Of a stretch of 64,000 nucleotides of DNA, positions 1 through 12,443 are shown piece by piece. Where the stretch lies: positions 434,001 to 498,000 of the forward strand of contig JASVEC010000012.1 in NCBI GenBank assembly GCA_030770535.1, written 5' to 3'. The notes beneath the pieces were generated by a model. That model saw nothing but the letters and a program-made list of their open reading frames with translations, made no database searches and was not told the DNA's origin. Numbering within the stretch: position 1 is the first letter of the stretch; every line of letters begins with the position of its first letter. This DNA comes from Batkoa obscura. Its lineage: Eukaryota. A program made the translations under genes and the position numbers.

Positions 1-174
1 CAATTATAAGTTAATGACTAGAGATTTTTTGTTATTTTGAAATGATAAATTGATATTAATATATATACATATTGTTATGTTATTATAAAACCATTTTATA
101 TAGTGTATATTATAAATATGATTCAATAAAGTTAATAATTATCCTTCATACTTTTATTTAATTTTTATCAATAC

Positions 175-293
175 AAGGGATGTTCTTTTTGGCTTCATCA
201 CTTTTCTCCATTTTTTAAATACTATACTATTTGAGTGGAAAAATTGTTAGTAAAATTGTTAAGTAAAATTGTTAAGTAAAAAAGTACATCCTC
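175..293 (-). mobile_element. Sola-type MITE copy (reverse orientation, small internal tandem duplication)
   Basis: Reverse complement of the ~99-bp MITE consensus; ends ...ACATCCTC; internal GTAAAATTGTTAA duplicated; left end degenerate. Confidence 0.8.
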
Positions 294-430
294 ACATGTT
301 ATCAAGATATTTCATTAAATGATTTTCTATTTATTTTATTTTATTTTATTCATTATATAGAATTTACTATTTTTACTAAAATCATACGATATTAAATTTT
401 AAGTTCGCTTTTATTAATGTTATAAAAAAT

Positions 431-707
431 AATACAGTTATGATTATAAATATTGGCGTAAAATTCTGTTTACTATGACTAAAAAATCGTTTTAAATAAT
501 AAATCTATTTTTTTGATTAATAATGTATCTATGTTTACAGTTAAAATTTTAGAATTTATGCAATAAATTCAATTCACTTTAATTTTTAAAATAAATTACT
601 GTTATTTTAAATAAAATGCAAATGCAAAGTTTCATTATTCAATAAACCCATTTTTTAGTCATAGTAAACAGAATTTTATGCTAATATTTATGATCATGAT
701 TGCATTT
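431..707. repeat. Foldback/MITE-like element with ~57-bp imperfect inverted arms
   Basis: 431-487 (aatacagttatgattataaatattggcgtaaaattctgtttactatgactaaaaaat) matches the reverse complement of ~651-707, with a perfect core TAAAATTCTGTTTACTATGACTAAAAAAT. Confidence 0.75.
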
Positions 708-1219
708 GTTATAGATAATATGAAATACTATTTTAAAGATTAAGTTTTTATTTGTAATATATTAATTAAAATAGATTCTACTCTATTCAAAATATATTAT
801 TTTTAATAACATTCAACTATATTATGAAAATCAATAAAGCATCTGATTTCTAAAGTACTATCAATAAAGTTCATTATAATTCTAATTTTATCTTAGTATT
901 TTCTATATCTAAAAATAAATCTACTTTAATTTTTTTTATATCAATTCAAGTTATCGAAACTTATGACTAAAAAAATTAAAACAGTTAACAAGAATTTGTA
1001 TAAATATTTCAAACCTAAGCTTAATATTATCCCATTTGAATTTTAAAGCATACCAATAAAAACTAGAAGAATACTTGAAATTGGTTGATAAACTGGTATT
1101 GAGAAAGCACAATAGTTTCAAATATTTAAAAACTTAGTTGAGTTTCAAAAAAAGTATATAAGGACAACAAATATAAAATAATGATTTTTTTTTTTAAAAA
1201 AAAAAATAAGAAAATATTA

Positions 1220-1641
1220 ATGTTGAAAGTTTTCAAAGTTGTTAAAGTGTCTCAATTATTTAAAAAAAGAACTCCTCTTTTTCTCAATCGATTTAATAAG
1301 TCGAAATCTATGGCCACCAGTGTTGAAACAAATATTACAAATTCCATACAACTTCGACTCAATACTATCTTAAAAAATAAATTAGTTCCCGAAGATCTTG
1401 TAAGTATTAATAATTATGATTATTCTTTGCTTGATATTTTAACTGATTTAAACTAACACTTTATTTTTCTTAGCTTAACCTTGACTCTCAATTAATTGAT
1501 TTTGGTTTAGATGGTTCAGATATGAAAGCAATGGTCCAAGATATTAATAATGAATTTCAAATTCAAGTTACTAATGAAGAAATCTATGAGTTAAATACCT
1601 TGGAGGATTTAGTTCAAAGAATTGTTGAAAAGGTTCATTAA
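1220..1641 (+). CDS. Acyl carrier protein-like, probable mitochondrial presequence; 2 exons (1220-1399, 1474-1641)
   Basis: GTAAGT...CTAAC...TAG intron 1400-1473 joins in frame to LNLDSQLIDFGLDGSDMKAMVQDINNEFQIQVTNEEIYELNTLEDLVQRIVEKVH*, an ACP helix pattern; basic N-terminus lacking acidic residues. Confidence 0.75.
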
Positions 1642-2070
1642 ATGAAAAAGTGAAATTGAATTTTATATTAAGTGAGGTTTTATCTTATATTTTATGGGGC
1701 TTGATGTTTTCTGGGTTGCTTTTAGTATTATTTGAATAAAAATTTAAAAGAATTCGGATTGTTTTTTTTTATTCTGGTTAGACGTGACTGCTTTATCTCA
1801 TTTGATAGATTAAAATTTAGAATTATTATGAAGTGTTATTGTTTTAAATATAATTTAAGAATTAAAGTATTAGTTTAAAGATAGTAATAGGTTGTCAGAA
1901 ATATTTTTGTACATATTAATTTACTTATTGAATAATTCTACCATATAATGTTATTAAATTTATTAAATTTGTCTGATATTAATTTTATGTATCACTCATT
2001 TAATCCAAATAGATCCAGAGATCTTACTGATATAATAATTATGGAATTTAGTATTAGATATAAACATATA

Positions 2071-2164
2071 GGGGATATATTTTTTTAATAATTTACTAAC
2101 AATCTTTCCGCTCAAATAGCGTTTGAAAAGTCGAAAAAGTGATGAGATTGAAAAAAACATCCCC
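2071..2164 (+). mobile_element. Sola-type MITE copy
   Basis: GGGGATAT...ACATCCCC followed by ATAT; internal consensus GCTCAAATAGCG...GAAAAAGTGATGA. Confidence 0.85.
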
Positions 2165-2801
2165 ATATAAAGTTTTATTAGTATTTATTTTACAAATTAA
2201 GACTAACAATGAAATAAATTAATATTCTCAATAAGATGTAAGCAGACAAATAAATTAACATATTGTCGTCATTTATATTTTAACTTTTTTTATTTAGGTC
2301 AGTTTAAAAGCTTGATTCAGTATATTGTGCAATTTAGATTTTAGTAAAGATTGCAAATTAAGCACTTTGTACTATAAAATTAACTGCTTTTGCTTAATTC
2401 AAAATTACTCATATGGTAACATTTTTTCATCTAGTATTTGAAAAAATTTTAAAAATTTACATTATAAAAAATGAACAAAAAAAGTGAATTAGAAAATTTT
2501 ACTTTTGATTTTGATCAAGTTTTAAAATTACTTATTTGCACTTAATATAAATTTATGCCATACTAAAAAATTGGACCAATTAAGATTTTAAACCACAGGA
2601 GCCACAAATTAATTCAATTAATAAATTAAAAAATAATATAAAAGCAATAGTTAAAAGCTTATAACATATATTAATTTTAAAAAAGATCTAGATTTTTATA
2701 AAGATATATTTATTTATATTTTTACCATTATTGTTATTACTAAGACTATATAATTTAACAAATTTTAATTTTTTGCTAATTTGATAGCTTAAATTTCATA
2801 T

Positions 2802-2892
2802 AAGGATGTATTTTTTTATTTAACAATTTTTCCACTCAAATAGTATAGTACTTAAAAAATGGAGAAAAGTGATGAAGCCAAAAAAAACTCTC
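2802..2892 (+). mobile_element. Sola-type MITE copy
   Basis: ATAT-AAGGATGTA...AACTCTC-ATAT; matches consensus with a small deletion. Confidence 0.85.
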
Positions 2893-2905
2893 ATATTATT
2901 GTTTT

Positions 2906-3346
2906 TGTGAAATATCGGTTCATTAGTTCTAGGATTGATTATAATATAATAATCAATTCTGAGTTCCTTATATAGATTTACTGTGAGAATTACTACCACC
3001 TGATCACAAAGAACTTATTGCCCACGTTTTAATGTTCCTTATATATAACCACCCAGTTGGAGTATAAAAGAGATTCTTCAACATACCAACTCAAAGCTTT
3101 TTTAATTGAATTACTCCCTGATATTGTACCATTAATAAAGTCACTAAGTCTTTCTGACAACATCTGATATAGATTTTATAGTAGTATCTTCCATTGTATT
3201 TGTTTTACATAATTCATAGCTTACTACATATTATTTCTATTAAGTTAAGTCTATGTTAGTTACATAAACTAAGACCGTTCGACTCAAGGCAAGTTAATTA
3301 AACAAGAGTAGCTTTTAACTCCAAACATTGAGTATCAACTTTCACA
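2906..3346 (+). mobile_element. LTR-like unit (441 bp), left arm of an inverted pair
   Basis: TGTGAAA...TTTCACA termini; TATAAAA near 3063 followed by AATAAA near 3134; homologous to 44234-44592. Confidence 0.7.
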
Positions 3347-3419
3347 TAGTTATTAAAATTCAAATATGTAATTTTTTTTAGAATTTTTTTAGAATCTTTT
3401 TTTAAAGCTGTAGATAAAA

Positions 3420-3861
3420 TGTGAAAGTTTGATACTCAATGTTTGGAGTTAAAAGCTACTCTTGTTTAATTAACTTGCCTTGAGTCGAAGGGTCTTAGTT
3501 TATGTAACTAACATAGACTTAACTTAATAGAAATAATATGTAGTAAGCTATGAATTATGTAAAACAAATACAATGGAAGATACTACTATAAAATCTATAT
3601 CAGATGTTGTCAGAAAGACTTAGTGACTTTATTAATGGTACAATATCAGGGAGTAATTCAATTAAAAAAGCTTTGAGTTGGTATGTTGAAGAATCTCTTT
3701 TATACTCCAACTGGGTGGTTATATATAAGGAACATTAAAACGTGGGCAATAAGTTCTTTGTGATCAGGTGGTAGTAATTCTCACAGTAAATCTATATAAG
3801 GAACTCAGAATTGATTATTATATTATAATCAATCCTAGAACTAATGAAGCAATATTTCACA
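3420..3861 (-). mobile_element. LTR-like unit (442 bp), right arm of an inverted pair
   Basis: Reverse complement of 2906-3346 with only about 3 substitutions and one 1-bp indel seen by eye; 73-bp spacer. Confidence 0.7.
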
Positions 3862-5223
3862 CTTATTAATTATCAGCTTTATTTAAGATTATAATACTTT
3901 AAGTAATGGTTATTTTTACTTAAAAATATAATATTTTATTTGTGATAAACTTTTTTTCTAAGTTTTAAATTTTTTTAATTAATATAAACAACTAAGCTTT
4001 AAATATAAAAAAATCTATAAACTTTTTTTTGAAAATTAACTTTAAAACTCTTTTTTGAAAATTAACTTTAAAACTTTTTTTTATAAGCTTATTTGATTTT
4101 CAAAATATACTAAAACATACAAAATGATAGTACTGGACTGTATTTTTATACTATTGTTTCTACTATATTATGTTATTAGATAAATTTTTATACATAAGAA
4201 ACTTTATAAAGCTTTATTAATCATAAAAATTTCAAAACTTTTTGTAGTCTTCATAAATACTAGATAAAAAAACGCTTCCATATGAGTAATTTTAATTAAA
4301 GCAATTAATTTTATAGCACTTTATGCTTAATTCGCAATTTTTGCTAAAAATCTAAATTGCACAAAATTGAACCGAACTATTAGACTAACACATGTAAATC
4401 AATGTAAGTTCAGTATTATTTATTTAATTTTGAAAGAATAAGCTCTTAAGTACCTTTTGGTGTAAGGTAGCTTAAGTTAAATATTATCTAAAGTAAGTTT
4501 TCATTTTAAAATAGACCAATCTCAGAACAAATGCCTAGTAAAATAAAGTTGTACTTTGGAGTAACTATCTACCAATCAATTGTAAAAACTAGAATTATAA
4601 CATCCTAACAGAATAATAAACGACTTCATCTGATGATCAATAGATAGTATTCTATAATGTTAAAATAATCAATAGAGTATTTTTCATAAAAATTTCAATA
4701 ATATTTTTGTCACTCAATGAAATCATTTTAAAAACAACCATCCTTTTCTTTTCATTTGTCGTTTTAATTTAATTTCAAACATTTCAAGACTTCAGCTATC
4801 ATTAAAATGTAATTTCTACTTTTGAAGTTTATATAGATTTTTGTTCTATTTATTAGTGTCTTCGAACAAAATAAATAAAAATACCGTTAATGTTAAATCT
4901 TGGCCAATCACCTTCGAAATATCCCATGTTCTTAGTGAAGATTCTGGCATGAATGTCCAATCAATGGAGGTTAATTAATCCTTGATTCGCTAGTCAACTT
5001 TTATAAACTGTAAAAAGGATTGTTAATTAAGTGTCGAATTAAACTAGTTTTGATAAATTTTAAATTTTAAAAACAATATAGCTTGTGCTTTAATAGGTAT
5101 GAAATCAAGTTGATAATATTAGACAGAATAACAACTCGATAAAAGAAGCCATTTTTATTATATACTTTTACTAATTTATATTTATATTTATATTTACAAA
5201 GCCTAATAGAGTTGAATTAATAA

Positions 5224-7303
5224 ATGACTGAAGTAATTAAAAGTGGGTACGTTAATGTTAAGGAAGAAGGGTTGAGGTCCTGGATTTGGTCTAAGCGATA
5301 TATTTGTTTAAGAGAGTTGACCCTCTCTTTTCATAGAAATGAAGTAAAATTTTCACTACTTAAAATAATGCATTGAGCTAACCCGTTTACAGCAAACTAG
5401 CCTTGCATATGCTATAGTATTTTTAAAAGAAGTCACTGCTGTTAATAGAACTGACTTGAAACCATATTGTTTTGAAATTATTACAAAAGATAAAAGTTAT
5501 TACATGATGTGTAAAAATGACGATGAATTATATTCTTGGATTGACGCTATTTACTCGGTATTTTACTTTATTGTTTTATATAAGCATAGTGTTAAAATGG
5601 TATTAGAAATCACCTGAGATGGGGGTATCCAGGCCCACAGATTTTGTACATCAAATCCATGTTGATTTTGATCCAACCAGTGGAATGTTTTCGGTAAATT
5701 AAGTTTATATAATATAAGTCAAAAAACTCAAGTTTTATAGGGACTTCCAAGTGAATGGGCGAAACTCTTATCAAATTCAGCGATTACAAAAGAGGATTAT
5801 AGTAAAAATCCACAAGCCGTTTTAGATGTTCTTGAGTTTTACACCGAGCAAAATAAAAATAATATTTATGATACTAAGTGGGCCGGTCTTATTCCAGATT
5901 CTCAAAAGTCTGATTTTGTTCCCCAAAGGCCCGCCCCAGAAATTCCAAGCCACGTTAAAGAAGAAGGGGAGGTCACAAAACGCATGTCCAGTCTCTTTAT
6001 TGATGTAATTTAATTTCGCTTAGTTTCTGTTTTATTAATCTTTTATATAGAGGCCTAAGGTTAACGTAAACAATAACGTAAATCGTTTTTTTATTTAAAT
6101 AGCTTATTTTCTAACTTTAAATAGCACAATGCTCCAACTGCAGCTGATCCACATGCTCTGGCATTAGCTAACTTGAATGGTTCTGGTTCAAAGCCTAAAC
6201 CACCTAAAGCTCCTGAACAGCGTTTATCTACTTTAAGCGAGCCCCAGCTTATGGAGAAATTGAAAACAATTGTTTCTAAGAAGGACCCCAATACCATTTA
6301 TACCAAAATTAAGAAAGTGGGACAAGGGTAAAACATGAACATTATTAGATTAAAATTTTAACAAATTTTAGTGCTTCTGGATCTGTGTATGTAGCACGTA
6401 ACAATATTTCCAACTTAAAAGTAGCCATTAAGGAGATGGATTTATCTAATCAACCTAGGAAAGAATTGATTGTTAATGAAATTTTGGTCATGAAAGAGAG
6501 TCAACATCCAAACATTGTGAATTATTTGGATTCCTTTTTAGTTGGAAGGAATGATCTTTGGGTAGTGATGGACTTTATGGAGGGTGGTGCTTTGACTGAT
6601 GTCATAGAAGCTAACGCAATGACTGAGAAACAAATAGCTACAATTTGCCTCGAAGTAATTATTATAATTTTATAATAGTTTTTTATTAATCATTCATAGA
6701 CTTGTAAAGGTCTTGAACATCTACATAGTCGTAATATCATCCATCGTGATATTAAATCGGATAATGTTCTACTTGATATCCATGGAAATGTTAAAATTAG
6801 TGAGATTTTATTGTAACAAAAAGATATAGTATGCTAACAAATTTGTAGCTGATTTTGGTTTCTGTGCAAGATTGTCGGAATCTCATTCCAAGCGTGCTAC
6901 AATGGTAGGAACCCCATATTGGATGGCACCAGAAGTTGTTAAGCAAAAAGAATATGGTCCAAAAGTTGATATCTGGTCGTTAGGTATTATGGCTATAGAA
7001 ATGATTGAGAATGAACCACCTTATTTAGATGAAGAACCACTTAAAGCATTATACCTTATTGCTACTAATGGTACACCAACCCTTAAACATCCAGAGCTTC
7101 TAAGTGATGAGTTGAAATCCTTTTTAGCCGTTTGTTTGTGTGTTGATGTCAATTCACGTGCTACTGCACCTATGTTATTAACTGTAAGTTAAGCTTGTTT
7201 AATAAGTAATTATTTTAATACCTTTTTTTAGCATGACTTCCTTAAAAAAAGTATCCCAGTATCTCAGCTTGCACCTTTGCTTAAATTCCGTCAGTCTGAG
7301 TAA
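5224..7303 (+). CDS. CLA4: Cla4-like PAK kinase (PH + CRIB + Ser/Thr kinase), multi-exon
   Basis: PH start [52 protein letters not shown]; kinase motifs [26 protein letters not shown]; last exon 7232-7303 ends [11 protein letters not shown]. Confidence 0.9.
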
Positions 7304-7992
7304 GTTATGCCATGCTAACATTTTAAAATATAACCATTTTTATTATAATGATTATTTGAAATTTGATTTAAAATATTCAATAAGTCAAGTTTCTTCATTT
7401 CCTATTTTTTCTCGCCTCCCAAGACCTATTTCAACCTTAAAGCCTAATTTTTATAAATATATATTTAGCTTTTTTCTGTCTTTATGGTTCTAATATAATA
7501 TTCGCTTTTTCACTTTTTTTATTTTAAGTTTTTTTTGCTTTTGTGGTTTTTTATTACGTTGTAGCTGAACTTAAAAATTATTTTGTACAATGAAAATGAA
7601 AACGAAATAGAATTGTATATCTAATGTTAAGACATTAAATAAATTTTATCTATTCTAGCTAATATCAAAGTAGTTTTGTTCTAAATAACAGTGAATCTTT
7701 TTAAAATAAAACCATGGTTAGACTTTACTTTTTTATTATTGTTTAAATAACTTTCACTATTTAGCAAATAAAAAGCGGCACTATTGGATATAAATAATTA
7801 TATTAAAAGCGTATACTCAACTATTTAAAAAACAGTTTCTATTTTAGATTAAAGCCCTTTATTTTACAGTCATGTATTCCTAATCCAAATTTCCAACCAA
7901 TGAGGTTAAATTTCACCTCACGCTATAAAATTTTAATTTTTCAACAAAGTTCAAGCAATTTTAAATATTATTACCTCATCCTCAACTAAGAG

Positions 7993-9492
7993 ATGAATTT
8001 CAAAGGTCAATCCAAGATATTACTAGATACAACGAGTATCGAAGAAACGAGCAGCAAGAATGATAAACTATTTCAAAACTCTATTGAAAGCCTTGACCTT
8101 ATATTAGAAAAGTTAACTCGTGATAGAAACGCTATCAGCCAAGGAGGTAGGAGAGAAAATAAAATATAAAAGCTAAAACTAAAAAATTATGCAGAAGTAA
8201 CCAATTTCGATGAAAGTGATATTAAGCTTCTTTCTAGTGCCGCTGATGCCGTGATGCACAGTAGTAAAGATGCAAATACGAATGTGAATAAGCTGTATAA
8301 AGAATACAATAGTGTAATTAGTTTAATGTATTTGTGGTAAAAGGGATTAACTATTTAAATAGAAATTTACGTTAGAGTTCAATCAAATTATTACGGAGGA
8401 AGGGTATGAAGGAAAGGAAAACCTAGTACTAGAGCTGATATCAGAATATTTTATACGCCAAGGGTATTTTGAAGCTGCTAGAATATTTTCTCATGTAATT
8501 TTTTATCGAAATGATATTATTTTATATTCATATAGTGTTTTTTAGGAAGCTAAAATTATGTACCCTTCCGCTTTAAAGAGTAAGTTCAATGGGTTACATA
8601 CCGTGCTTGATCAGATACGTCAAAGGAATTTGAATCCAGCAATAGAGTATATATTTTGCTTTGTTTTTAGTTTGAGAATTAATGACGTTATATATAGATG
8701 GGCTAAAAATAATAGGGAGTTTTTGGATCGAAAAGGCAGCAATTTAGAATTTTGCTTACATCGAGTAAATTTTACCATGTTATATCAAGCGGGTAATTTT
8801 ATGGAAGCTATGATGTATGGGCAAGAAAACTTTGCTACATTCACCAACACCCATTTTAATGGTATAACTTTAAAATGTTTAAAAACAAGAATTTGTTGAA
8901 TTATTCTTTATATAGAAATACAAAAACTCATGGGTATGTTATCTTTTTCCCCACAGCTTAAGGAGTCTCCCTATTATGAATTTGCTAATACCAACCAATG
9001 GCCAGATATTGAGTATATGTTCACTAGAGATTTTTGTTCAGTATTAGGGATTTCCCATGAGTCTCCATTGTATATAACGTAAGTTAATTTATTTATAAAA
9101 TAGTAGACTAACATTTGTAGTATTACAGTTGGAACAATTGCTTACCCGAAGATGATTAAAATGTTAAAATATACAAAGAAAACAACGGGGTGGTCCGAGA
9201 TCGATGAGCTACAGGTAACTTGACTTTTTAATTTGTAAGTTTAAAAGTCTGAAAGTTTAAATTTTATAAGGCGGTTGCTGAATTATTAGAAAGCTGGAGA
9301 TTTCATTCCATTTTTATATGTCCAGTTGATAAAGTACAAGCCTCAGATGATAACCCACCAATGATGATGACATGTGGCCATGTCATCTCTCAAGGAGCAT
9401 TGCATAAAATTGCAAAATTAAAAACTACCTTCAAATGTCCTTATTGCCCTAATGATTCTTCTATTACGGAGGTTAAAAGAATATACTTTTAA
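7993..9492 (+). CDS. RMD5: GID/CTLH complex RING subunit Rmd5/Gid2 (RMND5), multi-exon
   Basis: LisH/CTLH-like ELISEYFIRQGYFEAA, NLEFCLHR; C-terminal FHSIFICPV..NPPMMMTCGHVIS..FKCPYCP..KRIYF*. Confidence 0.85.
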
Positions 9493-9743
9493 GGTAATTT
9501 AAATAAGTATAAGAGTTATTAAGCTTGTATTACGACTTATTAGGAGCTGTATCAATGTTTCATTTTATATTATTATAAACGTTTATTTAAGTTTAATTGA
9601 GTATTATTTTAAAAGTTTATTTCTTTTTTGTTAATTTATTTAAAAACTAAGAACAACGAATATTAGCTTAAAAACTAAAATAATGTATATTTAGAATTAA
9701 ATATATTAGGGCTATTTTTATTATGAATTTTAAATCAAATATT

Positions 9744-11267
9744 TTAAAGGAGACCAGAACGTTTGACTAATAGGTAAAACCCGAAGGCAAGGGTGAACAT
9801 GAAAACCAATATTCCAAAGAACCAATAGTATGATTCGTCATCCTGACCAGGCACGTGTACATTCATACCCCACAGACCAGTGACTACGTTCATAGGCAAA
9901 AGAATAGATGCAATAGCTGTAAGTTTAGCCACAACATCATTGGTACGATTGGACACTTGAGTGAGTTCGATTGAAATCTGTGCCAAATAATTGGAATGCG
10001 CTCTAGCCAATACTTTTTCATAGTGTAGTGAATTTTGAACCATAGTGACTAAATGATCTTGAATATCCCCCAAGTATAATTTAATATCTGAACCATTGGT
10101 GTGTCGGATACGCTCATCACATCGCATAATTAAGGCTTTAATGACATCAGGTTTGGTCGTTAATAACCTTAATAACATAGTCACCCGTTTACGTGCATGC
10201 CCAATTCGCCTTAACATGTCTGATTGCTCATTCTCTTGTAAAATCAAAACCAATTCATCAATCGTATCTACTTCTAACTCAATATGTCTCATCATGGGGG
10301 CGAAGGAATCGGTAATATCATCGATGATCGCATAGTTGATCCAATCGGAAGTAACATTAATAAAATCTTTAAGTTGAGAAATACGTTTTAAAACAGAGTT
10401 AACGTGATACATCGGTTTTGAATGGAAAGTAATAATCCCTTCTTTGAAAACTACGTTGTAAACATTTAACGGATCAAGGTAATTAGGGGAATCTGAGTTT
10501 TGTTCATAAGCTCTAAAACAAACAAAATAATATTGCTTAAATAATTCACACTTTTCACGAATTTCTTCAGTTAAAATATCTTCTACTGTCAATGGGTGGA
10601 TGCGGAAGATACGTGAGATAACCTTCATTTCTGCTTCAGTGGGTGAGGTAACATCCAACCAAAAATCGCCTTGTTTAATAGCATCAACCATTGAGATGCC
10701 TAAACCACCAAACTCCCAAAAATTAGCTACTGAAATAATGCCAGTCATTTTAGAATAAAAAATGAACCTCTTTTCATCATCCACTTCTTGCTTAATTGAA
10801 GGATCGTAATTTTTTGCTCCTGACTCAAAAGTATCAAATAAAAAGGGGGAATAAGAAGTATCACCAGATAATATTTTCTCTAAACTGGTTAAATCGATTC
10901 CCCTCTCATCTTGATCCAATGGGAAACAAACATCTGCTTCTGGGTCCTCATCAAATTCTACCGGTTCTGAAATGATTACTTCTGGTACCGTTAACCTATC
11001 TACAGCCTGAGATGCGGCTTCTCTATCCACTGAACTTTTGCGTCTTATCATATTATAGATTGAATTCTTTCTCCCTCTCCCTTCTTCCTTAATTTCGTTT
11101 CCTTTTTCGTTCTTACTGTTACCGGAATCTGCAGAACCTTTACGTTTCATAAATTGAAATCTGGAAGGCTTTGGTTCGTGTTCGTTATTATTATCACTCA
11201 TTGGGTTACTGTCTTGTTCAATAGGGGAGTCAATTTTATAATAATTGTTGAAAGTTTCTTTTGGCAT
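9744..11267 (-). CDS. CorA-family Mg2+ transporter (Alr1/Mnr2-like)
   Basis: FWLDV..P, IHPLTVEDI, GLWGMNV signature followed by a second TM helix. Confidence 0.92.
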   Translation of the reverse strand: MPKETFNNYYKIDSPIEQDSNPMSDNNNEHEPKPSRFQFMKRKGSADSGNSKNEKGNEIKEEGRGRKNSIYNMIRRKSSVDREAASQAVDRLTVPEVIISEPVEFDEDPEADVCFPLDQDERGIDLTSLEKILSGDTSYSPFLFDTFESGAKNYDPSIKQEVDDEKRFIFYSKMTGIISVANFWEFGGLGISMVDAIKQGDFWLDVTSPTEAEMKVISRIFRIHPLTVEDILTEEIREKCELFKQYYFVCFRAYEQNSDSPNYLDPLNVYNVVFKEGIITFHSKPMYHVNSVLKRISQLKDFINVTSDWINYAIIDDITDSFAPMMRHIELEVDTIDELVLILQENEQSDMLRRIGHARKRVTMLLRLLTTKPDVIKALIMRCDERIRHTNGSDIKLYLGDIQDHLVTMVQNSLHYEKVLARAHSNYLAQISIELTQVSNRTNDVVAKLTAIASILLPMNVVTGLWGMNVHVPGQDDESYYWFFGILVFMFTLAFGFYLLVKRSGLL

Positions 11268-12105
11268 AGTTTAAATTGACTAATAGGGCATTGGGTTTTA
11301 TAACTATCTTGAGTTAAAGTTGATAGCCAATAATAGAGTCTAAGTGGGGTAAATAGGAGTAAGAGAGAATGATTTCAATTTCATTTTTATAAGCACAGTC
11401 GTAAAAATTGTGCTTGAATCTAGAAGTTTTAATTTAGATAGACTTTGTCTTTATTTAGTAAAATGAGATCATAATCAATCTATCCCACTACCCCAATTAG
11501 TGATTATTTGGCTAATTTAGCATTCACTAATTTAATTACAATAAATTTAAAGTTATCAGATAAAGTTTAATTTAAAGATCCCGAAGGTATGAAAGTCAAG
11601 TATAAACTATTTAATAGTAGCTTTGGTTATCAAATTAAAGATCTGTTCCCGACCCTTGTTACACAACAACGAATTTTTTAGTTACTCTGGTTTAGTGCAA
11701 TAAAATCTATTTTGCTGTGTTTAAATTATTAAGCCAAATTATAGATCTTAAACAAAAGGGACTCTTGGCCTATTTCACTTATGCCTTATATTTACTCTAA
11801 TGAAGGAAATTTCAGTACACTTTATACACTCAATATTTTATTACCTGATAATAAAAATGATATTGCGCTTATTAGCTAATTATATTCATTATTTAATTTA
11901 TCCTTTAGAATAAAATATTAAATTAAAAAATGACTGTTTTTTTTAAACCAAAGAGTTGAGGTTGTTTAAGGTATGTTAAGAATACACTTTAAAAAGGATC
12001 TTTGCAAGATTTCTTTAAGTTTCTTGTAACATTTTAAAAAAACGATTGTATGATTACAAGCTAATTTTTAATCAGGTTTAAAAGTGTGACTTTGAAAATA
12101 AATAT

Positions 12106-12203
12106 GAGGATGTATTTTTTTGTTTAAGAATTTTACTAACAATCTTTTCGCTCAAATAGCGCTTAAAAATGGAAAAAATAATGAAACCAAAAAAAACATC
12201 CTC
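12106..12203 (+). mobile_element. Sola-type MITE copy
   Basis: ATAT-GAGGATGT...ACATCCTC-ATAT. Confidence 0.92.
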
Positions 12204-12411
12204 ATATAATCTTTTACCATACCATAAATAGCTAATTTTTTATTTAATTTGATTAAGATCTTTTTAATTAAATCAATGCCAAATATGTAAACTACTACTG
12301 TTTTATAAATTATATTCTTTGTAAACGTAATAATATATGTATGAAGCGTTGTATCATTATTGACGCTTTTACGAAATTAAATATATATAAAATACTAGTT
12401 TTATTTCAAAT

Positions 12412-12443
12412 AAAGAAAATAATGAAACCAAAAAAACACCCCC
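12412..12443 (+). mobile_element. Partial right end of Sola-type MITE
   Basis: AATAATGAAACCAAAAAAACACCCCC-ATAT. Confidence 0.6.

Larger units (their letters stand above)
2297..4389. repeat. Old element with ~140-bp diverged inverted arms (about 2297-2440 and 4255-4389) enclosing a MITE and an inverted LTR pair
   Basis: ttgtgcaatttagatttt...aaaattactcatatgg...atctagtattt at 2325-2439 matches the reverse complement of 4255-4364 (about 80% by eye); outer limits approximate. Confidence 0.7.

Noticed and set aside
1400..1473. C/D-box-like motifs (ATGATTA, CTGA) in the ACP intron
   Set aside because: Only about 20 nt apart, too short for a snoRNA, and no terminal stem
3277..3286. Pol III B-box-like GTTCGACTC in the left LTR arm
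   Set aside because: Not conserved in the other two copies; no tRNA cloverleaf around it
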